Shown: positions 30,501-39,802 of the stretch, in pieces
How positions within the stretch are numbered: the first letter of the stretch is position 1
Layout: the number at the start of each line of letters is the position of its first letter
Virus record (IMG/VR): IMGVR_UViG_3300009788_000014
Span: 1 to 60,611 of that record
Length of the DNA: 60,611 bases
Reading direction: 5' to 3' (one strand)
Source: a virus
Lineage: Duplodnaviria > Caudoviricetes
Notes under the pieces: generated by a model
Databases searched by the model: none
What the model saw: the letters and a program-made list of their open reading frames with translations, nothing else
What the model was told of the DNA's origin: nothing
Made by a program: the position numbers and the translations under genes

Positions 30501-32814
30501 TGCCGGAGAGTGCTCCGCCGGCCTGCCCCGCCCCTGTAGAGATCCCGAGCCCGGAGACGAGCCCGCCCGCCGCCTGGCCTACGCCGAAGCCCGCAAGAGC
30601 CCTGTCTGTGCGAGTGGCGAAGGGATCCGCCGCGACCCGCCGGGCTTCCTTCCAGGCGTCACGGAGACGGAGGACGCCGCCGATGAGGTCTCCGAGCAGG
30701 TCTCCCCAGCGTCCGCCGATGGCGTCCGCGACCTCGAAAGCGGCGTCGGCGATGTCGAACCAGACCTCCTCCTGCTCGCGAAGACGATCAGCGGTCGTCT
30801 CGACGTTCTCCTTGATCAGCTTGACGGGCTCTAGGACCTTGTCCATGATCCGGGGAAGATCCTGTAAGTCCCCGAAGAGCGTGATCCGCTCGCGGCCGGC
30901 CCCTCCGAGAGAGCTCACGCGGCCGACGGCAGCCGCAAGGGCGTCGACCCGAATCGCCGCGGCGTCGACCCTGTCGGCGACTTCGTCGGCCGCCTCGGCG
31001 ATGTCGACAAAGCCGGCCTCCGGCCCTGCGCCTTCTGCGCTCTCCTTGAAGCTGAAGGCCGCGAGCTGGATCAGCGACGCCTGGAGTTCTCTGAGCGGCT
31101 GTAACAACTCCTGCGCCGCCTCGCCGCCAAATGGTAGCGCTGCCGCGAGAGCTCCGAGGCTGTTGATCATCGGCGTCAACGCCGTGCTGACGATCAGAGA
31201 AATGATCCCGGGGATGGCTTTGAGCTCTCGAATCATCCTGCCGACCTTGCCCTCGACCAGGGAAATCGCTAGGCCCGCGGCGGCCATGATCGCCGGGATA
31301 TTCTTCATCTCCTCGGCGAAGTCTCGGAAGAAGTTCGTCAGCTCCACGACGTCGGACAACATGCGGGAAATGGGCGGGGCCAGGGCGGCAAACCCCTCTG
31401 CCGCGGCGAGCTTCAAAGCATTCGTGGCGCGCTGTACGTCGAACGCCAGGGTGCTGAAAGCTGCCGCGGCTTCTTTGTTCAGGGCGGTATTCTCCATGGC
31501 TTCGCGGCCCGAAACTTCGAGCCGGTCCCGGACGCGGTCAATCCCTGTCGCAAGCGGAACAAGGGCCTTCGCGGTTCTCTTGGCGTCGAGCCCGACGCCC
31601 TCCAGCGCGATCCGTGCGGCTCGTCCCTTCGTGTTTAGACCTTCCAGAAATTGCAACGCGGCGCCGGTGACGTCGTCGTCGATCATTCGCCGTAGCTCGT
31701 CGGCGGTCACTCCGGCCACTTCCGCCAGGCCTTCGAGTCCCTCGCCGCTGACGGACGCCTTCACCATGGCGTCCAGGAGTTCGGAAAGGGCCGACGCGGA
31801 GCCTTCGGCCCTGGCCCCCATCTCGGCAAGGGCAGCGGCAAAGCCAAGAATAACAGGACTCCCGAGCTTGAGACTCGCGGTAGAGCGCGCGATCTCGTTC
31901 GCGATCGGAATAATCTCTGCCTCTGTTGCCTTCGACGTATTGCCCAGCTTGACTAGCGCAGACCCCAGGCTGTCGATCGACTGTATGCTCTCGCCTTGGA
32001 TGGCAATGATTCGGGCGAGGCTTTTGATGGCAACCTCTCCCGATAGATCCGTAGCCGCCGCCAGCTTGGCGCCCGTTTCCGCCGCCCGGGCCAAACCCTC
32101 CGCCGTTTTAATCCCGAGCTGTCCGGCGACTGCGGCCAGCTCGATCAGTTGGTCTGTCGCAATCGGTACGGTGCTGGTAGAGAGATCTTCAAGGCGCTCG
32201 ACGAGACCTGAAAGCTCCTCGTCCGCCAGCTGGTCGGTAACCTTGCTCAGGCTCACAACGGCGTTTTCCAGCTCCTTGAAGGACTCGAAGCCGAAGCGTA
32301 GCCCGGCGGTCACGAGCTGTATGATCTTGTGGACGCTCAGAGCCGCAGCGGCGAAGCCAAGGAGCGCAACGCCGGCCCTCTTGGCCGCGCCGCCGTAGGA
32401 CGTGGTACCGGTCGACGCGACGCGCTGAGCCCGGGTCAGGGACTTCGTCTCCTTCTTGAGCGCCGAGAGCTGCCGGGTGAACTGTTCCGCCTCTTTTTCC
32501 GCCTTGTCAATATCCTTCCCGTATCTCCTGACGATTTTGCCGGCCGTTGCGGCGTCACTGCCGGTCTCCCGCATGAGCTTATTTATAAGCTTTTGCTGCC
32601 GGATCATCAACTTGACCTCGGCGGCTACATCCTTGTGCGCTTTCCCCGTCTTCCGTAAGCTGTCGTCGACCTTCTCGAGCCGGCCATCCAGCTGGTCGAG
32701 ACGCTTGATCATGCCCGCTATCAGCTTCTCATGCTTCTCGGTGGCGGTATCGAGTTCTTTATGGCCCTTGCCGACCTCAATGTCGAGCCGCGTTGAGAAT
32801 TCTTGCGTCGCCAT
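27544..32814 (-). CDS. Tail tape measure protein (TP901-type core)
   Basis: 1756 aa, Ala/Leu/Glu-rich helical; LSKVT..L..LS..PIA..QL.ELAAVAGQLGI core; follows the chaperone genes. Confidence 0.92.
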   Translation of the reverse strand: MATQEFSTRLDIEVGKGHKELDTATEKHEKLIAGMIKRLDQLDGRLEKVDDSLRKTGKAHKDVAAEVKLMIRQQKLINKLMRETGSDAATAGKIVRRYGKDIDKAEKEAEQFTRQLSALKKETKSLTRAQRVASTGTTSYGGAAKRAGVALLGFAAAALSVHKIIQLVTAGLRFGFESFKELENAVVSLSKVTDQLADEELSGLVERLEDLSTSTVPIATDQLIELAAVAGQLGIKTAEGLARAAETGAKLAAATDLSGEVAIKSLARIIAIQGESIQSIDSLGSALVKLGNTSKATEAEIIPIANEIARSTASLKLGSPVILGFAAALAEMGARAEGSASALSELLDAMVKASVSGEGLEGLAEVAGVTADELRRMIDDDVTGAALQFLEGLNTKGRAARIALEGVGLDAKRTAKALVPLATGIDRVRDRLEVSGREAMENTALNKEAAAAFSTLAFDVQRATNALKLAAAEGFAALAPPISRMLSDVVELTNFFRDFAEEMKNIPAIMAAAGLAISLVEGKVGRMIRELKAIPGIISLIVSTALTPMINSLGALAAALPFGGEAAQELLQPLRELQASLIQLAAFSFKESAEGAGPEAGFVDIAEAADEVADRVDAAAIRVDALAAAVGRVSSLGGAGRERITLFGDLQDLPRIMDKVLEPVKLIKENVETTADRLREQEEVWFDIADAAFEVADAIGGRWGDLLGDLIGGVLRLRDAWKEARRVAADPFATRTDRALAGFGVGQAAGGLVSGLGISTGAGQAGGALSGIFGGLGALTGLPGAGIIGGIIGELVGGLNIFQSGGDDAIETFKLLNGVISGTTRKVEGSLGPAISQFGQAVSQGFNAIITSLGATVTSLADIEIKLRQDGEKVVFRLIQGGKDIAEFADQAQAVGEAIKRLLQQSDIEGLSSNVAAALKNTLAATFEQLAADLAVAQLVDARLMSQGELFLAARVRLLREELQITSRLGISQQDVIDGRIAEENALNRLAESQALQLAGIDQTAAAGLAQFDAAREQAAQTEALQAAYDDAAAAASVASQETTGFAMDLGDLAETLGLSDERFERLRERFDDLELGGATFGEALEIVAGEIEGIDLATLEQAAEAFSAGQRSGFFSRIAEFTGDAQLAAQALELEHRMRLIQFRLTVQQFAALGLLTRAEESRIRLLLDEQEILGAPTGAPPPTGGGRALRGGGGGRRRAAEDFRRAADEVSLALAGLAPAELAHADRVRQLTERAEAGSIGIEELDRAIENLAALDLGNLRDDAREGLRELGQTDLSNAMRALRESFAVQLSEALALAADNPEAYEQAREAIERGLAASLRELGRDVLDSFGFRMRSIRQAGKEAVRQIEFLADHLDELGLTAAQVATNVRGGILPGLVDLAISSAQAAFARTGSKEDEQRVLELQAEKQELERKATLLQLKVWEQMLIAANALDDQTRRLIAGIRDDLAEPIEVRILIDDEEVDRRRPFVRRTVRAGESFRGSNPPAAGGGSSPAEALGRSLADIIRELEANARSPLEALQFQFSELFDEIASAAGTAAERLQAQALAEAELARRRQEIQEEMFSGVTSFLDELDRTARADLAPRGAAISAREAFREASRAVDPTDQASVDAALRAAMEYRELLVNYNRLIGGGERSALVRSVEDQIRQLLGSIVPPPLPPPGAAGLPGVGGSDLSDLPPASAPLAPAGGAGGGGGGGLSLQQTNQILELIRLGQDGANVRERQFQTATLAHQAAAQTAFDQFAAHASGGAGF

Positions 32815-32818
32815 CGCC

Positions 32819-33424
32819 CTACCCGCTCGCCGCCTGGTTCGCCTTTTCCATCGCTTCGGCGTGCGCAACGCGCTGCCCGAGGACGCCCGCCGCGAAGTAT
32901 TCGCGGATGAGCCTGGAGATCATCCAACGATACAGCGGTGCCCGCTTGTGGGCGTGACCATAGAGTTTGAACAAAAGGCGGGTGATTCCTGTGCGGCGCG
33001 GTGAGCCGTTCTCGTCAGCGTCTATCTCGCCGAGCTCTATCGCGTGTTCGAGGACGGCGAGAAGAGGCAGTTCCTCTGCCGGACCCTCCCAGCCGAGAAC
33101 CCGCCACGGGTCACCAGTTTCCGCCGGGCCTTCGCAAACGTGACATATCGATGGGGAGGGCCAGGACTGGCCACAAGACGGGCATTCCCGGTTCTCGTCG
33201 AGGTATTGGCCGCCCGGGACGCCGAACTTTTCTGCGAGTCGTTCCCCGGGGCGATCGCAGCTCCGACACCGCCCCGCGGCCCATGACGTCAGGTTTGGGC
33301 AGTTTCGATCTGCGCAACGCCAGAACCGGGCTGCGAGGCCGGAGGAGATGGAGGCGGTGAATCCGGCCTTGCCTTTGTAGTAGCCTTCCGATCCCCTGCG
33401 GTCTCGGAGGCGCTCGATAAAGGG
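32819..33424 (-). CDS. Tail assembly chaperone -1 frameshift extension (gpGT-like) with Zn ribbons
   Basis: Open -1 frame from the slippery site to just before TMP; CADRNC/CRSC and CPSC/CHVC. Confidence 0.7.
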   Translation of the reverse strand, partial: PFIERLRDRRGSEGYYKGKAGFTASISSGLAARFWRCADRNCPNLTSWAAGRCRSCDRPGERLAEKFGVPGGQYLDENRECPSCGQSWPSPSICHVCEGPAETGDPWRVLGWEGPAEELPLLAVLEHAIELGEIDADENGSPRRTGITRLLFKLYGHAHKRAPLYRWMISRLIREYFAAGVLGQRVAHAEAMEKANQAASG

Positions 33425-34056
33425 ACTAAGCGTTCTTTGAACTTGTGCCGGAGAACCGCCTCGCGTAAAACCGCGGCGGTGAAGGCTACGCCTTCTTTCT
33501 CGTTGGCGAACACCACATGCTCCTCTTTCTCGACGCCGGCCCTTGCGACCAGGATCACTTCCGGCAGGACTTCCTCGTTGGCGAACGTTGCCCCCAATTC
33601 CTTGCGGGTAATCTCCCGTTCCTCCTGGCAGTAGGTGACTTCCCAACACCTGACGACCAGGTGGTCCAGAACCGCCTTCCGCGCCTTGTCGGTCTCGGCG
33701 CGGGAGTAACCGACCCGTGGGTAGGCGCGGGGGAAATCGAAAGCTCTGATTTCCTTGCATTCCTGTGCCAGCCTTTCCGGGTCTTCGTCCTTCGTCCCGT
33801 TCGCCCCTTGGCTGCCGGGTTGTTGTTGCCGCTGAATCTCCCGCATCATTGCCGCATTGAAATCACCGTCCGCCGGGCGCCGGTCCTTGATTCCGCGGGG
33901 ATTGATCTCCAGCGCGAGAAGCGCGGCCTGGTACTCCGGGCGATCGTGGCTGTAGATCTCCATCCGCCAGAGCTGGCCTTCCGGTCCGAACCATGGCAGG
34001 TCGATCTTGCGCGTGACGATCTTGTCAAACGACGCTTTGAGTGCTTCGATGATCAT
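33289..34056 (-). CDS. Tail assembly chaperone (gpG-like)
   Basis: Between tail tube and TMP; contains the slippery heptamer. Confidence 0.75.
   Translation of the reverse strand: MIIEALKASFDKIVTRKIDLPWFGPEGQLWRMEIYSHDRPEYQAALLALEINPRGIKDRRPADGDFNAAMMREIQRQQQPGSQGANGTKDEDPERLAQECKEIRAFDFPRAYPRVGYSRAETDKARKAVLDHLVVRCWEVTYCQEEREITRKELGATFANEEVLPEVILVARAGVEKEEHVVFANEKEGVAFTAAVLREAVLRHKFKERLVPLSSASETAGDRKATTKARPDSPPPSPPASQPGSGVAQIETAQT
33418..33424 (-). promoter_or_regulatory. Programmed -1 frameshift heptamer C CCT TTA
   Basis: X XXY YYZ in correct phase (GTC CCT TTA to CCC TTT ATC). Confidence 0.75.
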
Positions 34057-34523
34057 ACGACCTCGGTCCCCACGGTTACCTGGTCGGTGCCATCGTCTAT
34101 CTCGCTGAACACCGCTTGGATATCGCCGGTTTCGTAGGTGTAGACGGCGTCCTGCTCCATGGGCAGCATCGGTTGAAACACCAAGAAGAACTGGGCGCTA
34201 AACTGGATGTTCGTGGCGGTCGGAGTATCCAGGGTGCCCGCTTCTGCCATGAACTTCAGATGCATAAGGTCCTTGTCCTTCCAATTCTTCGCGAAGGCGA
34301 TGATCTGGGCGGCTGTAAGCTTCTGCAAGCTGACGTTGACCGTAGCCGCAGAGCTGCCGACGAGCTCTTCCCGGTGATCGGTCGAGAGGAACGGTCCGAG
34401 CTGGATCTTGACCCTATCCGTCACCGCGGTCATGACGGTGTAGTTGTCGGAGAAGTCGACGTTCGCGGCGAGATTCTTGACAAGGCTGAATTCGCCTTCA
34501 AACGGGGTATTCGGATCGGGCAT
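34053..34523 (-). CDS. Major tail tube protein (putative)
   Basis: 156 aa beta-rich; immediately upstream of the chaperone. Confidence 0.6.
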   Translation of the reverse strand: MPDPNTPFEGEFSLVKNLAANVDFSDNYTVMTAVTDRVKIQLGPFLSTDHREELVGSSAATVNVSLQKLTAAQIIAFAKNWKDKDLMHLKFMAEAGTLDTPTATNIQFSAQFFLVFQPMLPMEQDAVYTYETGDIQAVFSEIDDGTDQVTVGTEVV

Positions 34524-34537
34524 GGCGTTCTGTGCTC

Positions 34538-35305
34538 CTACGTGTCATGGATGAACATGGCGCCGACCGGGAATCCCGTCCCGCTCGTCCATGCGGTAAT
34601 GCTGATTCTCCACCAATCGTCGGTGATCGGACCGGCGAACGTCTGAACTTCGAAGGATGGCGTGCTCGTCAAGGCGGTGAAGGGAACGCCTTGCACCGTG
34701 GGGGTAGCGAAACCCACGGCGTCGTCGCTCTCTAGCTGTGCCACCCCGCCGGCCACCGTTGGCGCGGGGCTGTGAGGATTCACCCAAATCACGGTAACGC
34801 TTTCCGTTGCCGAGACGGCCCCCACGTTCACCGCGTCGCCGTCCTGTACGGCTGTCACGCCCGTCAGGTTGTTCATCAAGTGATCAAAGAGAAGGCTTGC
34901 CTCGATCCGGGGGATGGAGCCTTCGCCCTGGGCAAAGCCGAGTTCCTTCATCGTCCAGACGTCGACCTCTTGATTATCCGGGTGGGTCGCGATCCGCGAC
35001 CCCTCGCTTATGAATGCCAGGTTTCCCGCCGTCCCGCTAGTAGTGACAAGCATCGGATAGGCCGTCTTATCCTCCAATGCCTTGAACAGCAGGAAGTTCA
35101 GATCTTGGCGGGTTATTTTGACCGTGAAGTCGTCCAGGATGGAGGATCCCGTAACCTGGTAGCGATGGTCTTCCTCAAGAGTCGCCGGTACTTCTATCAA
35201 CGCCCGCTTCGGCGTTCCCCCGGCGGTCGAGCCGATCGCCGAGAGATTGTTGAATCCCCAGAAGATGCGGGCCAGGTTGCCGGTAGTGGCTTCAGGAGTC
35301 GCCAT
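34538..35305 (-). CDS. Tail tube-like structural protein with C-terminal accessory domain
   Basis: GNLARIFWG..NLS N-terminus; synteny. Confidence 0.55.
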   Translation of the reverse strand: MATPEATTGNLARIFWGFNNLSAIGSTAGGTPKRALIEVPATLEEDHRYQVTGSSILDDFTVKITRQDLNFLLFKALEDKTAYPMLVTTSGTAGNLAFISEGSRIATHPDNQEVDVWTMKELGFAQGEGSIPRIEASLLFDHLMNNLTGVTAVQDGDAVNVGAVSATESVTVIWVNPHSPAPTVAGGVAQLESDDAVGFATPTVQGVPFTALTSTPSFEVQTFAGPITDDWWRISITAWTSGTGFPVGAMFIHDT

Positions 35306-35550
35306 CTGGGTTATCCTCGGTGGCGACGGTCATCACGTCACTCGCGTTTGCAGGCTCAGCCGCCGTGCGGTTGGCAGACGCGACCGGTCTACTCCGTGAG
35401 ATAGGCCGGACCCTATTCGGTCTTGGCTTTACTTTGGTATCCTGTCCTCCCGGTGGTTCCGGACTGGAGGTTTCAGGAAAGTCAGCCGCTACAGGCTCGC
35501 CGGCGCGGAAGGCTTCCAAGGTGTGCCTTGTTCTCTTGATTTTCATAGCC

Positions 35551-36012
35551 TCAATCCAGCCAAAGTGGAAAGAGCAAGTCGGCCTCTGGCCACCGGTTGC
35601 GTAGAGCGATGGGTCCTAGCGGCGCGGCGGTTACGGCAAACGCGTTGGCCGTCGACAGGGCCTTGATCCTGTCTTTGATAGCGGCCGCGGCGTCGAGCAA
35701 TCGGTTGTGGGCCGCTTCTCCGGCCTCGGGTTGATGACGTATCGTCAGACGCAGAAGGCCGCGACGGGTCAGGATGTCTCCGGACAAGGCGCGCGGCGGT
35801 TGTTCGATGTAGGTCAGGAACCACGGCGCGCCGGCCACCGGCAAGGCGGGCGACGCGGTCGGCTCCTGAAGGCTCGTGCCCATGTCTTCCTTGGGTCCGA
35901 AGAATCCGCTCCAGCTGTAGAAAGTGTTTAGGGTTGCGATCAGCGTCGCATCGAACCATCCCCGCACGATATCCAGGTCGAAGCGCTGGTAAGTGCTGGC
36001 AGTCTGGTTCAT
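35551..36012 (-). CDS. Tail terminator-like protein
   Basis: Synteny and size. Confidence 0.5.
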   Translation of the reverse strand: MNQTASTYQRFDLDIVRGWFDATLIATLNTFYSWSGFFGPKEDMGTSLQEPTASPALPVAGAPWFLTYIEQPPRALSGDILTRRGLLRLTIRHQPEAGEAAHNRLLDAAAAIKDRIKALSTANAFAVTAAPLGPIALRNRWPEADLLFPLWLD

Positions 36013-36452
36013 GCCGCCGCCTCCCGCATGGCCGCCTTCCACGCCCCGGGCGCTTCCCGCTTGAACACCGCCGGCATGTTGGCGTGGGCCGTCGCGTGGT
36101 TGCCGTCGCGGTCTTCGATGAACACACCATACTTGACGCCGCCCAGGGATTCTGCGTCGTTGACGAACCCCACCGTGTCGTCCCACCGCGAGGCGGCAAG
36201 GACGGCCTCGGCGCGGGCCAATGTTTCCGGGGTGTGGCCAGGGCCGTACGACAGGCTCTTGCCGACGGGCTCGCCGGCAAACGCCGCTTCGGAGGACTGG
36301 AGGGTCCTCGTCTTGACGGCGGTGACCAGCGCCTCGGGGCCGCCGGTCGAGAGGAGGAGCTCCCGCTTCAACGCGGAGGTGTACGCCGGTACCGCGCGCG
36401 ACTGGGCGCCGACGACATGGAAGAGCCGCTGGCGGCTGATCTTGGTCGCCAT
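36009..36452 (-). CDS. Neck / tail completion protein (HK97 gp10-like)
   Basis: VKTRTLQSS...N......YGVFIE pattern; synteny. Confidence 0.5.
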   Translation of the reverse strand: MATKISRQRLFHVVGAQSRAVPAYTSALKRELLLSTGGPEALVTAVKTRTLQSSEAAFAGEPVGKSLSYGPGHTPETLARAEAVLAASRWDDTVGFVNDAESLGGVKYGVFIEDRDGNHATAHANMPAVFKREAPGAWKAAMREAAA

Positions 36453-36766
36453 TAGCCGCGTACCCTCCAGAATCCCGCAGTCTCCGCGGAGCTCTGAATG
36501 GTGAAGGGCGGTCCCCCGTCGAAACTTCCGAAGTGCTCGCCGCCGGCGGGCGGTCGAACCGCTCCCGATACCCTCGGCACGATTACCTCGCCGCTCTGGT
36601 CGGTCCATCGCGCGCCGCCTTCGACGAGCTGGAAGGAGAGCGTGCCGACAGACTTGCAGTCGGCATGGGTGACGACGGCTCCGCTTGACGGCAGCGTGAC
36701 CGTAAAGTCCCGGCCGACCCCGGTTTTCCGGTGAACCCGGGCGGTGATCTTGCCGAAGTCGGCCAT
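36452..36766 (-). CDS. Head closure / head-tail joining protein
   Basis: 104 aa beta-rich; synteny. Confidence 0.55.
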   Translation of the reverse strand: MADFGKITARVHRKTGVGRDFTVTLPSSGAVVTHADCKSVGTLSFQLVEGGARWTDQSGEVIVPRVSGAVRPPAGGEHFGSFDGGPPFTIQSSAETAGFWRVRG

Positions 36767-37621
36767 TTAGGCGAAACTCCTCAGCGGTGCAAGGATGGAC
36801 TCGGGGAAACTCGTGGAAGCTTGGAAATACTCGATCTCAGTCCTGTCGGCCTCTTCCCGCTTCACGTCGCGTTCCTTGTCGCGGAGGTCCTGAAGGTGGG
36901 CCGCGAGGTCCTGGGCCGCCTCTGTGAGGCCGACCGGAAGCTCCCGGGCGGCCCTTGCCGTCCAGGTCACGGATCCGTCTACGACGGTGCCGTCGACCAC
37001 GGTAGGCCAAACGGGCTCCGTGGTGGCGTCCGTGGTGCCGCCCACGGTGGCTTCAAAGCGGAGCGCAACGCTACGAGCCGTAGCCCGAACCCACCCGGGA
37101 TCCTCATCGTAGGCCGCGGATCCTCCGACGTTGACGTCGAGCGCCGCACTCCAGGTCACGATCTGACCCGGCATGAGGTAGCCGGCCGTGTAATTCGCCG
37201 TGTAGTGGTGGGCGCTGGGCGCGGCGACGCGCTCGCCTGTCACGGGATCGCGCTCGGCAGGCCGCTCCCAGCCGTTGCGCCGATAGACGGAGTGCCGGTT
37301 CCTGCCCGTGACACGCGCATCGAGGCGATCAGGGCCAAACTCGACGGCCAGCCCAAAGACGTTTTGGATGGTCGGGTCGCCCTCGATGGGCCATCGCGCC
37401 AGCTGGAGATCGTATTGGTCCACTCCCTCCACCCGCTCTGTGTACGCCTGTCGCCATAGGTCCCGGCCCACCATGTCGCGACGATCGGCCACGAGCTGGC
37501 TTACCCGATCCGCCAACGCGTCCGCCGGCGCTCCGGCGGTGACGCCGAGGGCGCTCACGAGAGCCGACGGAAGCACGATGCGTGTGTCCGTGGCGGGCGC
37601 GGTGACGGTGAGGTCGAGCAC
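36767..37621 (-). CDS. Head-tail adaptor (phiE125 gp8-like) with inserted small beta domain
   Basis: LTVTAPA...YTAGY...LP..L.EAA...L.P.R pattern. Confidence 0.7.
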   Translation of the reverse strand: MLDLTVTAPATDTRIVLPSALVSALGVTAGAPADALADRVSQLVADRRDMVGRDLWRQAYTERVEGVDQYDLQLARWPIEGDPTIQNVFGLAVEFGPDRLDARVTGRNRHSVYRRNGWERPAERDPVTGERVAAPSAHHYTANYTAGYLMPGQIVTWSAALDVNVGGSAAYDEDPGWVRATARSVALRFEATVGGTTDATTEPVWPTVVDGTVVDGSVTWTARAARELPVGLTEAAQDLAAHLQDLRDKERDVKREEADRTEIEYFQASTSFPESILAPLRSFA

Positions 37622-37627
37622 GGTTTC

Positions 37628-38026
37628 CTACTTGGTCTCCGGCGACTCGAACGGCTTGCCCTTCTTCCGACGGCGACGCGGCGGCGGGTCTTCCGCCTCG
37701 TCCGAGTCGCGGTGCTCAACCGCGGCGCCGTCGAGAATGATCTTGCGAGCGACCGACTCGGGGAATCCCCCCACTTCTCCTGTCCTCAGGTGGGCGCCGT
37801 CCTTCATCATCCTGACGAGCACCATCGGCTCCTGGGGTTTTTCTGGCTCAGGAGGGGCGCCGGTGGCAGCGATTTCCTTCTTGGTCGCCAGACGAGCCAG
37901 CAAAGACGCGCCACGGCCCTTCACCGGAGTGCCGCAGAGCTCAACGGCTACGTCCACCGGAAATGCTGCCAGCTCCCCGGCACGGTAGTGAGAGTGATCA
38001 TGGTTGAAGTGGATCATCGTATTCAT
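37628..38026 (-). CDS. Small head-associated protein with duplicated motif
   Basis: Y.AGE.A.FP..VA..L and L.TGE.GGFP..VA.KII repeats; basic tail. Confidence 0.6.
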   Translation of the reverse strand: MNTMIHFNHDHSHYRAGELAAFPVDVAVELCGTPVKGRGASLLARLATKKEIAATGAPPEPEKPQEPMVLVRMMKDGAHLRTGEVGGFPESVARKIILDGAAVEHRDSDEAEDPPPRRRRKKGKPFESPETK

Positions 38027-38036
38027 TTGGTTTCCC

Positions 38037-38516
38037 CTAGGCCTGCGGCTTGGTCTCCGCGCCACCGTAAACCGCGACGACGGAATAGCCGAAGGTGTCT
38101 GTCGCCCCGGCACTCAGAGTCCCCGTCGTCTGGATCCGGATGAATCCGCGGTGTGCCCGAAGATCCTGGAAGCGGACCTTGACCACGCCGGTGAGGGTCT
38201 GGGCGCCGCTGGCCGTCTCCTGAACCGTCGTGGCGAGGGCTCTCGCGATCTGGAAATCCGCGACGCCGGCGCCTCCGACGCTCGTAGCGTCCTGGATGTT
38301 CAGCGCGACGCTGAAGGTCTCCGTGTCCGCGAGCGTAGTGGTGTAATTCAACAGAACGGTGAGCGATTGCGCTCGGTCCGGAGGAGCGTGAAACGCGCCG
38401 TCGTCTTCGACCGCGTCGCCGGCCCCACCGGCGAGCCCGGTAACGTCCTGGCTGGAGAAAACCCCCGTGAGGTACGCCCCGATGTCCTTCATTACTGTGC
38501 TGCTGTTCGCTGGCAT
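38037..38516 (-). CDS. Capsid decoration / cement protein
   Basis: Beta-sandwich pattern ending RGFIRI..T; directly after MCP. Confidence 0.6.
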   Translation of the reverse strand: MPANSSTVMKDIGAYLTGVFSSQDVTGLAGGAGDAVEDDGAFHAPPDRAQSLTVLLNYTTTLADTETFSVALNIQDATSVGGAGVADFQIARALATTVQETASGAQTLTGVVKVRFQDLRAHRGFIRIQTTGTLSAGATDTFGYSVVAVYGGAETKPQA

Positions 38517-38527
38517 GATCTCACCTC

Positions 38528-39802
38528 CTAGTAAGGAACGGCCGTCAACAGGTAGCCGGAGTTCCCTCGAGGCAGCAGGGTCCCGATCTTCTGACGTCCG
38601 CGCAGGACTTCGGTGTCTCGCTCAATCGTAGAAACGAGGCTACCGGCGTCGGTGTAGCTGGCATTCTGAAACCACTGGACGTCGAGCGCCGTCGACTGGC
38701 CGACCAGGAATTGCGACATCGCCTGGTGGATGAGAACGGTTTCGGTGCCGTTCAGGTTCGTTGGGACGTTTGTCGTCGACCCGAACGGAAAGCCCATGAA
38801 CGTGCCTGCTGTCATCTCGGTGAGGAAAAACGGCAGGTCGTTGGCGTCCCGGACGATGAACATCAAGTGGTTTTTTGTCCGCGGAGCCATGATCCAGGCG
38901 CGGCGTGAAATCGGCCGGATGTTCGAGTTCTCGACGCTGGTAAAGATGATCGCCACGTCGTCGAGGACGTTTGCCAGGGTTCCGGTCCCGGTCGCGGCGG
39001 AGGTCGCGGTGATCAGCGTCCGGAGACCGGCGATGATGTTGTTCAAGCCGGATCCGTTGATCAGCCGATCGTCGAACCCGGTGGCAAAGGCCATCCGCAT
39101 CATGTCTTGCAAGCGCGTGAAGATCGCGGGGCTTGCCGATTCCCGGTAATCCGCGGAGACGGGCATGATCGCCATGGCCTTCCGCATTGGCGTCTCGCGC
39201 TCGCCGTCCGCCGGGGTGGTGGTGAGGTCCAAGGTGTTGATCTCTTCGACCCAGGTGATGACGGGGTCGGTCTCCCACCCCGTCACCTTGAACTGGTCGC
39301 CGGTGACGGGGACCATCTCGGGCTGGAGACCGAGAACCACGCTCATCGCCCGAAGGGGTTCGAGCCAGAGCTCTAGGACGGTACCCTCCACCAAGAGACC
39401 GCCTTCGCCGGCGACGGCGAGATTGATCGTCTTGGCCCGGGACCCGGCGGCCTTCTTGAACCGCTCCGCGACGCGGTCGGCTGCGTCCTTGCCTCGCGAC
39501 AGAGACGTCCCTCCGCCCTCGCGGCCTTCCTTCGCCAGGGCCCAGAACAAGGCCCCCAGCACGGGGAACTGTCCGGTCGTGTCCTCGTAGGCCCGCTCGG
39601 CGGCGAGATTGGCCGCGGTTGTCTCAAACTGGGCCTGGAGGAGCTCGTCCCGGTTCTTGAGCTTCTCGTCGACCATTCCGGCGACGTGATCGCCGAGCTC
39701 CCGGTCGACATCCTTGGCGATCTTGTCCTTCTGTGCCTGGGTGAGCGGCAGGACAGGGGCGAGCCCCCCCGCTGGCGCCGCGGTGGCTACTTCGGTATTC
39801 AT
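38528..39802 (-). CDS. Major capsid protein (HK97 fold)
   Basis: EGGLLV, WVEE, DDRLINGSG, AWIMAPRT, GTFMGFP....NVP. Confidence 0.9.
   Translation of the reverse strand: MNTEVATAAPAGGLAPVLPLTQAQKDKIAKDVDRELGDHVAGMVDEKLKNRDELLQAQFETTAANLAAERAYEDTTGQFPVLGALFWALAKEGREGGGTSLSRGKDAADRVAERFKKAAGSRAKTINLAVAGEGGLLVEGTVLELWLEPLRAMSVVLGLQPEMVPVTGDQFKVTGWETDPVITWVEEINTLDLTTTPADGERETPMRKAMAIMPVSADYRESASPAIFTRLQDMMRMAFATGFDDRLINGSGLNNIIAGLRTLITATSAATGTGTLANVLDDVAIIFTSVENSNIRPISRRAWIMAPRTKNHLMFIVRDANDLPFFLTEMTAGTFMGFPFGSTTNVPTNLNGTETVLIHQAMSQFLVGQSTALDVQWFQNASYTDAGSLVSTIERDTEVLRGRQKIGTLLPRGNSGYLLTAVPY

Noticed and set aside
27514-32398. Long plus-strand ORFs (360, 600 and 826 aa) opposite TMP
   Set aside because: Ser/Arg/Ala-rich antisense shadows, expected in high-GC coding DNA.
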